From the IMG/VR virus record IMGVR_UViG_3300014838_000019, positions 11,837 through 75,836 of that record: 64,000 bases of DNA. One strand, 5' to 3'. The position numbers and the translations under genes were made by a program. This document shows positions 7,151-17,132 of this stretch, piece after piece. The stretch comes from a virus. Each line of letters starts with the position of its first letter. Position 1 is the stretch's first letter. Under the pieces are notes generated by a model, which had not been told where the DNA came from, searched no databases, and worked only from the letters and a program-made list of their open reading frames with translations.

Positions 7151-8269
7151 ATGGCAACATACGACATAAAAATAAGTCAGCTTAACTCGTTTCCTGATCC
7201 AACCCAAACGGTGGATTTTTTCCCATTGGTTGATAGTTCATCGCTGACTACATACCGTGCATCAATCGCAGATATAGCACCATTGATGACCCACTCTATA
7301 CAGTCTGATTCTGCATCATTAACTGTAACAGCGTCATATGCCCTCAGTTCCTCATATGTGGTTTCAGCAAGTAATGCTATCAGTTCGTCATATGCTATTA
7401 CATCCTCAAATGCAGTAACAGCCTCGAACTCTTTATTCGCAAGTAGTTCTATTAGTGCATCATATGCATTGAACGCTGGTAATTCTTTAACGGCATTATC
7501 TTCTATTTCTGCAAGCAATACGATCAGTGCGTCATACACATTAAGCTCGTCATACACCATAACCGCCAGCAATGCAATAAGTGCTGCATATACATTATCA
7601 TCAAGCAATACTGTCAGTGCCTCGTATGCTATTTCGGCGAGCAATACTGTCAGTGCCTCGTATGCTATTTCGGCGAGCAATGCAATCACGGCGTCATATG
7701 CAATAAATGCGGGAAGTTCAAGTTATGCTTTGACTGCATCTTACGTAAATCAAGGACAGACTTATTTGCCTTACCCTTTTATTCAAGGAATGTTGTTTGT
7801 GGCTACGAACGATGATTATATAAATGCAAATTTATTGGGAACGAACTGGCAAGCCGGAACATATGATATGTGCCCTGCATTTACTAATAACCAAGTAGGG
7901 GATAATGAAGCGTTAGCGTTATCATATTCATTTACATGGGATAATATCAACCAGGCGTATGTGAGTCCTAGTTCGCACGGAGTATATTTTCCAACATTTT
8001 GTTCCCCGACTTCTTGTATTAGAATGTGGTGTGATAATCGTGGTGGTGGTGGAAACAACTGGAATATGTATGGATATTTCTATGTATATTTTGCATTATC
8101 TCCAACGCAGGTTGTTACACATTCATATTCTCCCGTGCTACATAAAAATTATGCCCAGCCAAATTTCATAGTCAGTGCTTATCGTGCCTCCGCCGGACTC
8201 AATGCTATAGTGCAAGCTGATACCACAAACACTATAAATTTGATATTCCCGTCTCCAATAATAAGTTAA
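7151..8269 (+). CDS. putative tail fibre protein with SASYA repeats
   Basis: IKISQL..DFFPLVDS N-terminus paralogous to the previous gene; 6/12-aa Ser/Ala repeats. Confidence 0.65.
   Translation: MATYDIKISQLNSFPDPTQTVDFFPLVDSSSLTTYRASIADIAPLMTHSIQSDSASLTVTASYALSSSYVVSASNAISSSYAITSSNAVTASNSLFASSSISASYALNAGNSLTALSSISASNTISASYTLSSSYTITASNAISAAYTLSSSNTVSASYAISASNTVSASYAISASNAITASYAINAGSSSYALTASYVNQGQTYLPYPFIQGMLFVATNDDYINANLLGTNWQAGTYDMCPAFTNNQVGDNEALALSYSFTWDNINQAYVSPSSHGVYFPTFCSPTSCIRMWCDNRGGGGNNWNMYGYFYVYFALSPTQVVTHSYSPVLHKNYAQPNFIVSAYRASAGLNAIVQADTTNTINLIFPSPIIS
7604..7681 (+). repeat. 36-bp perfect tandem duplication (coding)
   Basis: AGCAATACTGTCAGTGCCTCGTATGCTATTTCGGCG twice. Confidence 0.95.
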
Positions 8270-8385
8270 TATAATAAGTTGACTATTCTTTTAATTATGA
8301 TATTATATCACTATTGATAAAACAAAATCTACTTTTTCACATGGAAAACAATATGTATCCGTCGGTTAGTCATAAGAAAAATACT

Positions 8386-8523
8386 ATGGATCAATCCGAC
8401 ATTCAATACATATTGGACCTGCTAAACGATGCAGTCTTAGAAAAGGACTGGGATAAAGTGGAAGAAGCTCGTGAAACACTCAAGGAATTCTTGGATGCCA
8501 CCGAGGCTGTTTTAGAAGAATAA
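8386..8523 (+). CDS. small acidic hypothetical protein
   Basis: MDQSDIQY... ORF abutting the next gene. Confidence 0.55.
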   Translation: MDQSDIQYILDLLNDAVLEKDWDKVEEARETLKEFLDATEAVLEE

Positions 8524-8524
8524 T

Positions 8525-8815
8525 ATGATTATAACACTCTTATCATTAGCTCTAGTTATCTCTTTAGGACTTCTTTTCTCGGCTTATGTCATAATTCGAA
8601 AATTGCTAGTTAAAGTTGCCATCTATGAGACATGGATAATGGACGTTAAGACTGATGTTATAGACACCGTTGAACAAATGCGTGAGGTTGACAAGTCCGG
8701 AGTTCTGTCTTCCAGATTAAATGATAAAGGCGTCTTCGAATCAGATGACCAAGTTGGTGGAGTTTTTAAAGATTTGCTTGATCTAATTGAGAAGCTAAAT
8801 CAAAGAACTCAATGA
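8525..8815 (+). CDS. N-terminally membrane-anchored hypothetical protein
   Basis: Single TM helix; FESDDQVG motif. Confidence 0.65.
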   Translation: MIITLLSLALVISLGLLFSAYVIIRKLLVKVAIYETWIMDVKTDVIDTVEQMREVDKSGVLSSRLNDKGVFESDDQVGGVFKDLLDLIEKLNQRTQ

Positions 8816-9705
8816 AAAAAAACAAAAAAGTTACACGTAAGTCCCGGTCCACTTCTAATCGTTCCAAAGTTAAACCCGCCATCCTAAGACAAAGAAAGAA
8901 GGCGGTATCCGTTCCTGTCGTAACCATTACGTCTCCGATTATAGAGAAAGCCAAGCTTCCTCGTAAACGTCGAACCAAGAACGTTACCCGGATGTATTTC
9001 ACCCAAGATACCGAAGATGCTATTGTGCTCTACAATAACACCACCGACCTCGCTGTGCGTGAACAAATCTTCCGTGACAGAATCCTTCACCCCTTTCAGA
9101 AACTTGTTGAGAACGTGTTTAACACGTTCAAGTTCTCTTATTTTGAGACTGGTCCGTTAGATGTTCAAAAGGAATGTTTGACGCATCTTGTTGCCAATAT
9201 GCACAAATTCGATCCTACTCGCACTAGTCGTAATGATCCAACCAAGAAGACTCGGGCATTTGCCTACTTTTCTATAATCGCCAAGCATTATCTCATTCTT
9301 TTGAATAACACCAATTATAAGAAATTCAATCAGAATGTCGAAATAAGTGATGAGAGGGAAGACAATACCATTCAACTTCAACAAGATGATAAATATTACG
9401 CTCAACAGGAATTGAACGATTTCATCAAGCTTATCATTGATTTCTGGGAAAAGAACGTTTCTAAGATATTCAATAAACAACGGGACTTGAATATTGCGAA
9501 TGCAGTCATTGAGCTATTTCGTAGTTCCGACCGCATTGACGCCTTTAATAAAAAAGCCCTCTATTTGTATATTCGTGAAATTGCTTTATGTAAGACCCAA
9601 CAGATTACTAAGGTTATTAATCGAATGAAACAGTATCAGGATACCATTCAAAAGTCCTATATGGAAAATGGAAGCATCAATGCTGACCGTTATTCCGTAT
9701 CCTAA
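8812..9705 (+). CDS. phage late sigma factor (T4 gp55-like)
   Basis: YFT..EDAI..YN and KFDP...AFAYFSIIA sigma region-2 motif as in gp55 (NPFAYFT). Confidence 0.75.
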   Translation: MKKNKKVTRKSRSTSNRSKVKPAILRQRKKAVSVPVVTITSPIIEKAKLPRKRRTKNVTRMYFTQDTEDAIVLYNNTTDLAVREQIFRDRILHPFQKLVENVFNTFKFSYFETGPLDVQKECLTHLVANMHKFDPTRTSRNDPTKKTRAFAYFSIIAKHYLILLNNTNYKKFNQNVEISDEREDNTIQLQQDDKYYAQQELNDFIKLIIDFWEKNVSKIFNKQRDLNIANAVIELFRSSDRIDAFNKKALYLYIREIALCKTQQITKVINRMKQYQDTIQKSYMENGSINADRYSVS

Positions 9706-9767
9706 TACCGTTAAAATAGACCGTTTGCCCACGTAAAGTCGGGTGATAGGTCTATTTATGTACAAGT

Positions 9768-9830
9768 ATGAGAAAATCCGGCATATACAGCATAACCAAT
9801 TCTAAGAACGGGAAGGTATATTATGGATAA
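9768..9830 (+). pseudogene. 20-codon GIY-YIG endonuclease stub
   Basis: MRKSGIYSITNSKNGKVYYG*, preceded by CTATTTAT and overlapping the next ATG. Confidence 0.75.
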
Positions 9831-10206
9831 TGATTTCGAAATTTATGGTGGGAAAACATTTAAAGATTTATGCAAGGAAATCGTTGACCGTTCAGAAAAC
9901 AAAAAAATGCAAGTAGATACACTTATCGGAGACTTGCGGACTCTTATAAAGGGTCCAAACGATGTTGCGTCGTTTATGCCTCGAATCAAAGAACTTCTCG
10001 AAGTTGGGGTAAAAAATGATGAGCAACTCATCAAGCTTGCTGCTGTTTGTCAAAGAATTCAATCTAGTCAAATCGAAGTCTCAGGTGGAGAAGGGTCGGG
10101 TTTATCCGAAGAAGATAAGGCTAAACTATTAGAAAACCACTTGGCTGAAGCTGAAGCCACCCTAAAAGGTATAAAAAAGAATACGGATGATTCTATACCC
10201 AAATAA
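9823..10206 (+). CDS. hypothetical protein
   Basis: Helical ORF at the head of the baseplate operon. Confidence 0.7.
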   Translation: MDNDFEIYGGKTFKDLCKEIVDRSENKKMQVDTLIGDLRTLIKGPNDVASFMPRIKELLEVGVKNDEQLIKLAAVCQRIQSSQIEVSGGEGSGLSEEDKAKLLENHLAEAEATLKGIKKNTDDSIPK

Positions 10207-10209
10207 TAT

Positions 10210-11718
10210 ATGGCATACTGGAAAGACAGTTCTAAGAATACTCGCCCGTTAGATAGTTTTGGTCTGACGACGAATCAGTCTGCCGCCAAGGGAGGAAATA
10301 GGGAATTTCATGAGTTAGAAATGGGCGTAGTACTTGATATTGTATTAGATTTAACTCACCCTATTTTCACAAAAGCTAATCCTGAACAGACTAGAATTGA
10401 TGCCGACAGATGGCCTGTAGATTTAACTGGGAAGCCCCCATCTCAAAACGACCCCGATTTGACATGGATTGGTCGTGTGTTGGTTCGTCCTATTATTTCT
10501 GGAAAACTAACCAAAAAAGATCAACTCAAATGGGCATACCCGTTAGAAAATAACTTTGGAGAATATCCTCTCATTAACGAGAAGGTAATGTTATATGAGT
10601 CAGACAACCGTTTATATTATAGTAGAACGTTAAATTTTAGAAACTTACCGAATAACAATCTCGACTTTACAATCGAAGATGCTACGTCGGGTGCAGGAAA
10701 CACCGAACTATTTAGCACATCTCCTTACACTGGGCGCATTCTATCTCAAACAAACTGGAAGGGAGATGATGGAAGAATTGGGTATGCGGGAAAGTATTTC
10801 TATGCCAATCCTAAAATCCGTCAAGTACATCGGTTTGAAGGAGACACCGTGTTGGAAAGCCGTCATGGGTCCGAAGTTATTATAAAGGCTTTTGATAAGA
10901 ATCGTGCAAATGACGTGGGGTATTATCCAGATTACTCCAACAGCGGGAATCCAATGCTAATTCTCCGAAATCGTCAACGTCAGTTATTGAAGGTTGGTCA
11001 AACTCTTTCATTAACTAACAGTCCTAATCCAGCAACCGTTACTGGAACCATCGAAGAAAAAAATGTGGGTGGATATTTGGATGAAAATATAAATCATGAC
11101 GGGTCATCGGTTTATATGACGAGTGGGCAAACTATTAGTGAATGGGTAACAACATGTTATAAAAAAATGTTTGGTGTGGGTGAAGAGGTTGATGCATTTA
11201 ACGGTACTACCAATTTTACATATCCCGTTTTAAATGGCGATCAGATTGTTATACAATCCGATAGGTTGATATTATCGGCACGTTATGGAGAATTATTTCA
11301 ATATTCTAAAAAGAGACATGGTATAGTTACTGATAGTGAATTTACGGTAGATGCCCACGATCAAATTGTAATGACAACTCACGTCAAAACCGTTTTTAAC
11401 TCACCTCTTATTTTCCTCGGAGAATATGACCAGAGTGGAGAACCGGCATTGTTAGGTCAAACAACTGTTAATTGGTTATATGAACTTTGTGAATGGTTAC
11501 TTGCTCATACACATTGGTATCATCATGTACATCCAGATGCAGTAACTAAAGATGGCGAAGGAGTTGATACAAAGCAGCCTGAGCCTTTGCAGACTCAAGC
11601 TCCAGTTCAAGTGTTAAAGTTGATGGCATTGCGGGATAATTTACAAACAATTATGAGCCGTAGAGTATTTATAACTGGTGGAGGTTATGCTCCCGGTCAA
11701 AATGGAGCAACTATATAA
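10210..11718 (+). CDS. baseplate hub/central spike (gp5/VgrG-like)
   Basis: OB-fold-like N-terminus (YPLINE), EGD..LESRHGS, beta-strand repeats, HTH/HVH metal-binding tip motif. Confidence 0.65.
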   Translation: MAYWKDSSKNTRPLDSFGLTTNQSAAKGGNREFHELEMGVVLDIVLDLTHPIFTKANPEQTRIDADRWPVDLTGKPPSQNDPDLTWIGRVLVRPIISGKLTKKDQLKWAYPLENNFGEYPLINEKVMLYESDNRLYYSRTLNFRNLPNNNLDFTIEDATSGAGNTELFSTSPYTGRILSQTNWKGDDGRIGYAGKYFYANPKIRQVHRFEGDTVLESRHGSEVIIKAFDKNRANDVGYYPDYSNSGNPMLILRNRQRQLLKVGQTLSLTNSPNPATVTGTIEEKNVGGYLDENINHDGSSVYMTSGQTISEWVTTCYKKMFGVGEEVDAFNGTTNFTYPVLNGDQIVIQSDRLILSARYGELFQYSKKRHGIVTDSEFTVDAHDQIVMTTHVKTVFNSPLIFLGEYDQSGEPALLGQTTVNWLYELCEWLLAHTHWYHHVHPDAVTKDGEGVDTKQPEPLQTQAPVQVLKLMALRDNLQTIMSRRVFITGGGYAPGQNGATI

Positions 11719-11722
11719 ACAT

Positions 11723-12244
11723 ATGGCGGACACAGATTTATCTTCTTTTGGATTAACTAGTTCAGACAATGCGGTTTATGATCCAAACGCTCAACATCCA
11801 TCATTGGAAAGTACCGAGGGTGTTTCCACCCCAAACCCAAATTATAACCCCCCAAAATTGCCAGTTACTCCATCGACAGTAAATATAACTACTGGGAATG
11901 GAGTTCCAGGTGGGTTTGATTGTTCCAGCATAAAATCTCCAACGTCCGCCACAACGAATGCGTCATTGGCTATTTCGGCAATAATGGCTGAAGCATCCGC
12001 AGTTACCGCTGTAATTTCAGCAATCAAGGCGGGGTTAATTCCATCAGTTCCTGGAATAATGGGGGCATCCAGTAAATTAGCGGCACTGCAAACAAAAGCA
12101 GCCAACAAACTGAACGCAGCCAAATCAGCGCCGGACTTCTCGAAAAGTTATATATTACCCTCTCCACCTACAATACCGGCTGTTCCAAATTTTGCAAGTG
12201 CAGGAATACCCACACTACCTAAACTCCCATCGGTGAGTTTGTAG
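11723..12244 (+). CDS. Pro/Ala-rich hypothetical virion protein
   Basis: ORF within the baseplate operon. Confidence 0.55.
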   Translation: MADTDLSSFGLTSSDNAVYDPNAQHPSLESTEGVSTPNPNYNPPKLPVTPSTVNITTGNGVPGGFDCSSIKSPTSATTNASLAISAIMAEASAVTAVISAIKAGLIPSVPGIMGASSKLAALQTKAANKLNAAKSAPDFSKSYILPSPPTIPAVPNFASAGIPTLPKLPSVSL

Positions 12245-12296
12245 TCGTCGTGAATGGACCCGAATAAATAATAACCAGCTATTTATACACATACAT

Positions 12297-12902
12297 ATGA
12301 AAAAGTCAGAACTCACACAACTCACACAGATAATTGAAGTTCTCGTAACTCGGGAAGTTCGCAAACAACTCCCTAAACTCATTGGAGAGGTATTTTCCAA
12401 CATGACCGGGAAGGCAATGGTCACGGAAAATGTCCATAAGGAAGTTGCACATCCATCAACAACCGTCGATCATCACGAATTTAAGTCATCTCTGAAAGAC
12501 CTTTTTACTGGGGCAATACCCATAACAAGGGCAGAATTAGAAGAGGGGGTTCGTTCATCCCCTCCAAAGGTAATGAAAACCTATACTAAAGACCCAATTC
12601 TTAATAAAATTTTGAATGAAACCACTCCAAGAGCAAGTGAAGGACCGGGAGCAATGGCAGCATTAGCTGGAGGATTTAGTCCGTCGGGTCCAATTGATAT
12701 GGGGCAAATAGTTCAACCAACGTCAAATGCTACAATGTTATCGGAAGGTCATGCTCCGTTATCGAATATACCAGATGGAGTTTCGGTGTTGGATGTAGCC
12801 AAGATGGGTGGAGGTGTTATTGCCGCCCCAGTTGTGGAAGCATTGACCAATTATGATCGAATGAAGAAGATTTTGGATGCATCGAAAGGTAAGAGATACT
12901 AA
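12297..12902 (+). CDS. hypothetical protein
   Basis: ORF preceded by CTATTTATA; lies before gp25. Confidence 0.65.
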   Translation: MKKSELTQLTQIIEVLVTREVRKQLPKLIGEVFSNMTGKAMVTENVHKEVAHPSTTVDHHEFKSSLKDLFTGAIPITRAELEEGVRSSPPKVMKTYTKDPILNKILNETTPRASEGPGAMAALAGGFSPSGPIDMGQIVQPTSNATMLSEGHAPLSNIPDGVSVLDVAKMGGGVIAAPVVEALTNYDRMKKILDASKGKRY

Positions 12903-13310
12903 ATGTCCCTTATAAAAAATACTCCAATCGGTATTACGTTTCCCATCCGAGATGGGCGTGATGGGTATTTTGAGCAGTCAACGGATAGTTTCACGGCTTA
13001 CCGGATGAATATCATCAATTTGCTTAGAACTAACCAAGGAGAACGAAGGTTGAATCCAACGTTTGGTTCTAGATTGGGAACTTTGGTATTCGATCCGAAT
13101 GATGATTTTCTACTGAAGAAGATTGAAAACATAATTCAGCAAGATATATCCGAATGGATTCCTGGCATCACAGTGACAAATGTAGCGGTCGAGGGAAACC
13201 AAAATACAAATACTGATAATTATACATTGCAAATTTCCGTCACATATGTCATAAACGCAATCAATGCGGCGGATGTAGTGGGGATTAACCTCAATGTGAA
13301 CAAAGTTTAA
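12903..13310 (+). CDS. baseplate wedge subunit, gp25/GPW-like
   Basis: NLLRTNQGERRLNPTFGS.L..LVFDP motif. Confidence 0.9.
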   Translation: MSLIKNTPIGITFPIRDGRDGYFEQSTDSFTAYRMNIINLLRTNQGERRLNPTFGSRLGTLVFDPNDDFLLKKIENIIQQDISEWIPGITVTNVAVEGNQNTNTDNYTLQISVTYVINAINAADVVGINLNVNKV

Positions 13311-13312
13311 AT

Positions 13313-15292
13313 ATGGCAACTACAACACCAAAGTCTTTTCAGCCTAATAGCAAAGACATTCGATATATTAACCGGGATTTCTCTCAACTAAGGGAGGCGT
13401 TAATCAATTTCGCAAAGGTTTATTATCCGAATACATATAAAGACTTTTCCCCTGCCGCCCCCGGCATGATGTTCATTGAACAAGCTGCTTATGTTGGTGA
13501 TGTACTCAGTTATTATACGGATTATATTTTCGGGGAAACAACCATACAAAATGCCACCGAAAGAAAAAATATCATAGGGCTTGCAAGTTACTTGGGATAT
13601 AAAGCTCAAGCAACGACCGCTGCTAATGGAGTTGTTAACCTCCAACAACTTTGTCCCGCTGCTACTGATGGAGCAGGATCATATTATCCTGACCCAAATT
13701 ACATGCTAACAGTAAGTCAAAATACTCAATTTTCCAACCAAAATGGAGCATATTACATATTGACTTCGGATATTAACTTCAACGTTAGCACATCATTATC
13801 TCCGAGAACCGACCAAGTGTATTCTAGAAACTCAGATGGAACTCCACAGTTTTTCTTGATGACAAAGGAAGGACCAATTAGTTCTGGACAAATATTGACT
13901 ATAAACGTTACGGTTGGAACACCGACAGCATATTTTCAAATTCCACTTACGGAAACCAATGTTATTGACATTGTTGACATTGTTGATTCTGACAATAACG
14001 AGTGGTATGAGGTGGAGTATTTAGCTCAGGGTATGGTTCCTACTGCCGTTCCAAATGATGCCGAATACGAAGGATCACTTGCACAATATCAAGATTCCGT
14101 CCCGTACATTTTGACATATCTCAAAACATCTCGCAAGTTTATAAAAAGCGTGGATGAGAACAATTTGACGACTATTACATTTGGTGCGGGAATAAACGGA
14201 GTAGATGATGAATTGGTGACATTTGATTCCAATTTACTTGGGGTAGGACTTCAAAACATAAATACTGTAAATGTCCCATTGGACCCAAGCACATTCTTAA
14301 ATAATGAAAACTATGGCATAGCACCACAAAACACCACCCTCACGGTAACTTACACGATTGGTGGAGGATTGCTATCCAACTGTCAATCGGGAGAAATAAC
14401 GAACATAGTAGCACCGATATTCAATAACCCAACGGAAGGTCTGTTACCATCACAAATGGCGTTGCTTCAAACCGTTCAAAATTCTCTTGCGGTATATAAC
14501 CCATCACCATGTAATGGTGGTAAAGATGCAGAGACCGACGACGAATTGAGATTAAATGCAATGGCAACGTTTGCCGCACAGAATCGTGCCGTTACTCAGA
14601 ATGATTATTTGACACGTCTATATTCAATGCCCTCGCAGTTTGGTTCTATTGCTAAAGCACAGATTGTTGCCAATACCAGTTTACAAGTTGGTATCAATAA
14701 GATTTTGATTGGAAACATTGACCAAAATAATGTAGCTCAAGTTACTGATAACAGTAATAGTAGTTACTTGCGTAGCATTGCATATGACAATACAAACCCC
14801 TTTGCACTCAATGTTTATATTCTAAGTTATGACGCAAATAAGAATTTAACACCATCCAACCAAGCATTAATAACAAATTTAATTACCTATCTAAAACAAT
14901 ACAGAATTATTACTGATGGGGTAAACCTAATTGATGGATATGTTATAAATATAGGAGTTAATTTTACAATCACCGCTTACAAAGGCTACAATAAGAAAGA
15001 TGTGTTGAGCAACTGTATATCGACCGTTCAAGATTTTTTCAGCATTGACAAATGGAGTTTTTCTCAACCCATTAACTTGAGCCAATTGAATTTGGAAATA
15101 GCCAAGATTGAAGGAGTGCAATCTGTGCCTGTTGTTCAGATTACAAACCTAACAACTATGGATGGAACTTATTCAGGAGTTCAATATGACATTTCAGCAG
15201 CAACTAAGAATAATATAGTATATCCATCGATCGATCCTAGCGTGTTTGAGGTTCGTTTTCCGAATAGTGATATTAGAGGAAGTTGCTTATAA
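13313..15292 (+). CDS. baseplate wedge subunit, gp6-like
   Basis: RDF..LR..LI, AYVGDVLSYY, LGYK, FGAG, GG.DAE, QNRAVT..DY motifs. Confidence 0.9.
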   Translation: MATTTPKSFQPNSKDIRYINRDFSQLREALINFAKVYYPNTYKDFSPAAPGMMFIEQAAYVGDVLSYYTDYIFGETTIQNATERKNIIGLASYLGYKAQATTAANGVVNLQQLCPAATDGAGSYYPDPNYMLTVSQNTQFSNQNGAYYILTSDINFNVSTSLSPRTDQVYSRNSDGTPQFFLMTKEGPISSGQILTINVTVGTPTAYFQIPLTETNVIDIVDIVDSDNNEWYEVEYLAQGMVPTAVPNDAEYEGSLAQYQDSVPYILTYLKTSRKFIKSVDENNLTTITFGAGINGVDDELVTFDSNLLGVGLQNINTVNVPLDPSTFLNNENYGIAPQNTTLTVTYTIGGGLLSNCQSGEITNIVAPIFNNPTEGLLPSQMALLQTVQNSLAVYNPSPCNGGKDAETDDELRLNAMATFAAQNRAVTQNDYLTRLYSMPSQFGSIAKAQIVANTSLQVGINKILIGNIDQNNVAQVTDNSNSSYLRSIAYDNTNPFALNVYILSYDANKNLTPSNQALITNLITYLKQYRIITDGVNLIDGYVINIGVNFTITAYKGYNKKDVLSNCISTVQDFFSIDKWSFSQPINLSQLNLEIAKIEGVQSVPVVQITNLTTMDGTYSGVQYDISAATKNNIVYPSIDPSVFEVRFPNSDIRGSCL

Positions 15293-15302
15293 TAAATAAT
15301 TT

Positions 15303-16190
15303 ATGGAATATAAAAAACAATGTCCAACTTGTGGGAAAGAGATTGTGTTCTCTTGTAAACAATCATTACGATTATCCATAAAAAATAATCGTGATTGTAA
15401 ACAGTGGTCTGCATTAAAACGTGCTCCGAAATCAGAAGAAACTAAATGTAAAATTTCACAGACCTTAATTGGAAGAACAATACCACGAGATATAGTTGAA
15501 AAAATAAGAACTACGCTCAAGGTTAAATTTAATACTCCCGAATATAAAAATAAGTTCAAGATACAAAATGGGGGAGAAAATAATCCCAATTTTGGAAATC
15601 ATCATGATGAGAAAATAAGAAACAAGATTTCTATTCAAACGAAAATAGCAATAAGTTCGGAGGATGTAAGAAATCGTCACTTAGAGTCGCATAGAACAGA
15701 AGAATATAGAAATAAAATTTCTCAACTTAATCTTGGGCGAAAGCATTCATGTAATAGTCGAATGAAAATGAAAGGTCCAAGACCAAGTTTACAAGGCGAA
15801 AACAATCCGAATTTTGGAAAACACAGAAAGCATTCGGATGAAGATAGAAGAAAAATGAGAATAGCTTTCGTGACTCGTCTCGACGAAATGTTTCGAGATG
15901 GGTGTGATATAACATATCCAAATTATAATCCGAACGCCTGTAAAATAATTACAGAATATGGGAGGCAAAATGGATATAAATTCCAACACGCTCTCAAGGG
16001 TGGAGAATATCATATCAAAGATTTGGGATATTGGGTAGATGGATATGATAAAGAAAAGAATGTGGTTATAGAAATTGATGAGCATCATCACAATAAGCCA
16101 AGTCAAAGAGAAAAAGACATTCGTCGTCAAAAGGAAATAGAGAAACATCTTGGTTGCAAGTTTATACGTCTGCCTTTCGTTAAACCTTGA
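15303..16190 (+). CDS. homing endonuclease (NUMOD3 repeats plus PD-(D/E)xK/Vsr-like domain)
   Basis: GENNPNFG(K)H repeats; YWVDGYD..NVVIEIDE..H; D..RQ.EI. Confidence 0.75.
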   Translation: MEYKKQCPTCGKEIVFSCKQSLRLSIKNNRDCKQWSALKRAPKSEETKCKISQTLIGRTIPRDIVEKIRTTLKVKFNTPEYKNKFKIQNGGENNPNFGNHHDEKIRNKISIQTKIAISSEDVRNRHLESHRTEEYRNKISQLNLGRKHSCNSRMKMKGPRPSLQGENNPNFGKHRKHSDEDRRKMRIAFVTRLDEMFRDGCDITYPNYNPNACKIITEYGRQNGYKFQHALKGGEYHIKDLGYWVDGYDKEKNVVIEIDEHHHNKPSQREKDIRRQKEIEKHLGCKFIRLPFVKP

Positions 16191-16790
16191 CTATTTATAT
16201 CTGATATGATTAAGTTGAAAGAATTAATAATGGAGACCAAACGAAAACAGTATGGATGTGTTATGGCGTGTATTGATGGAGGCATTAAATCCGAAATTCT
16301 AAAATTTAATAAATCCATTATTGAAAATGAAATCATTTATGATAACAAAGAAAAAGAATTTGGACGGGAGACCGACCCTCACATCACCATTAAATTTGGG
16401 TTGACTAAAAATTATACCCGAAAAGATATGGAAACTTTTTTGAAAGATGTATCGCCGTTTACTATAAATATTGATGGCGTAAGTGTATTTGAAAATGATG
16501 ATTTTGACGTTGTTAAAATGGATGTGTCTGGAGATGAACTGAAGAAATTAAATAAGAAATTTAGTAAATTGCCAAATGAAGATGAACATCCAGATTATCA
16601 TCCACATTGTACTTTAGCATATGTAACTCATGGTGAAGGAGATAAATTTAACGGCAAATCAAAGAAATTTTTAAATATAGAAATTAGTCGAATAGTATAT
16701 TCTTGTTCCGATGGAAAGAGTTATTATAACTTAAAATATTCCTATCCAAAATCTTAAAATGGCATTGACTATTTATATCTGATATGATTA
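16187..16790 (+). repeat. 26-bp direct repeat (16187-16212 and 16765-16790) containing promoter motif and start codon
   Basis: TTGACTATTTATATCTGATATGATTA is identical at both sites. Confidence 0.95.
16206..16757 (+). CDS. 2H phosphoesterase, Acb1/gp57B-like (candidate anti-CBASS nuclease)
   Basis: Two HxT motifs (PHITIKFG, DYHPHCTLAY), the second like T4 57B DYTPHITLSY. Confidence 0.75.
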   Translation: MIKLKELIMETKRKQYGCVMACIDGGIKSEILKFNKSIIENEIIYDNKEKEFGRETDPHITIKFGLTKNYTRKDMETFLKDVSPFTINIDGVSVFENDDFDVVKMDVSGDELKKLNKKFSKLPNEDEHPDYHPHCTLAYVTHGEGDKFNGKSKKFLNIEISRIVYSCSDGKSYYNLKYSYPKS

Positions 16791-17128
16791 GGATGAAGAC
16801 ATTATTGTTGGAGACTATGGTGAAATTGACTCATGAAGATGCTCAAGAAGTGATGCATAAAATTGGAGTGTTAGCTGATAATACAGATTTACAAGAGGAC
16901 TATGGTGTTACATCAGAACAAGCGAAGGCATTGGTACACAGCATTCCTCAGAATGGGGGAGAATGGCTCATTCCAGATTGGGGAATAAATGCTGTTAGAG
17001 GTGAAATAGAAGACCATATACAGGTGCTTAGAGATATAGCTATGGATGCATACAATAGCAATGAAAAAGGACAATTTTTGAGAATAAGTAAACAAGCCAA
17101 ACGATTAACTGCCTTATTTGAGTTATAA
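16784..17128 (+). CDS. hypothetical protein with N-terminal MIRMKTLLLE tag
   Basis: ORF starting inside the 26-bp repeat. Confidence 0.7.
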   Translation: MIRMKTLLLETMVKLTHEDAQEVMHKIGVLADNTDLQEDYGVTSEQAKALVHSIPQNGGEWLIPDWGINAVRGEIEDHIQVLRDIAMDAYNSNEKGQFLRISKQAKRLTALFEL

Positions 17129-17132
17129 ATAT

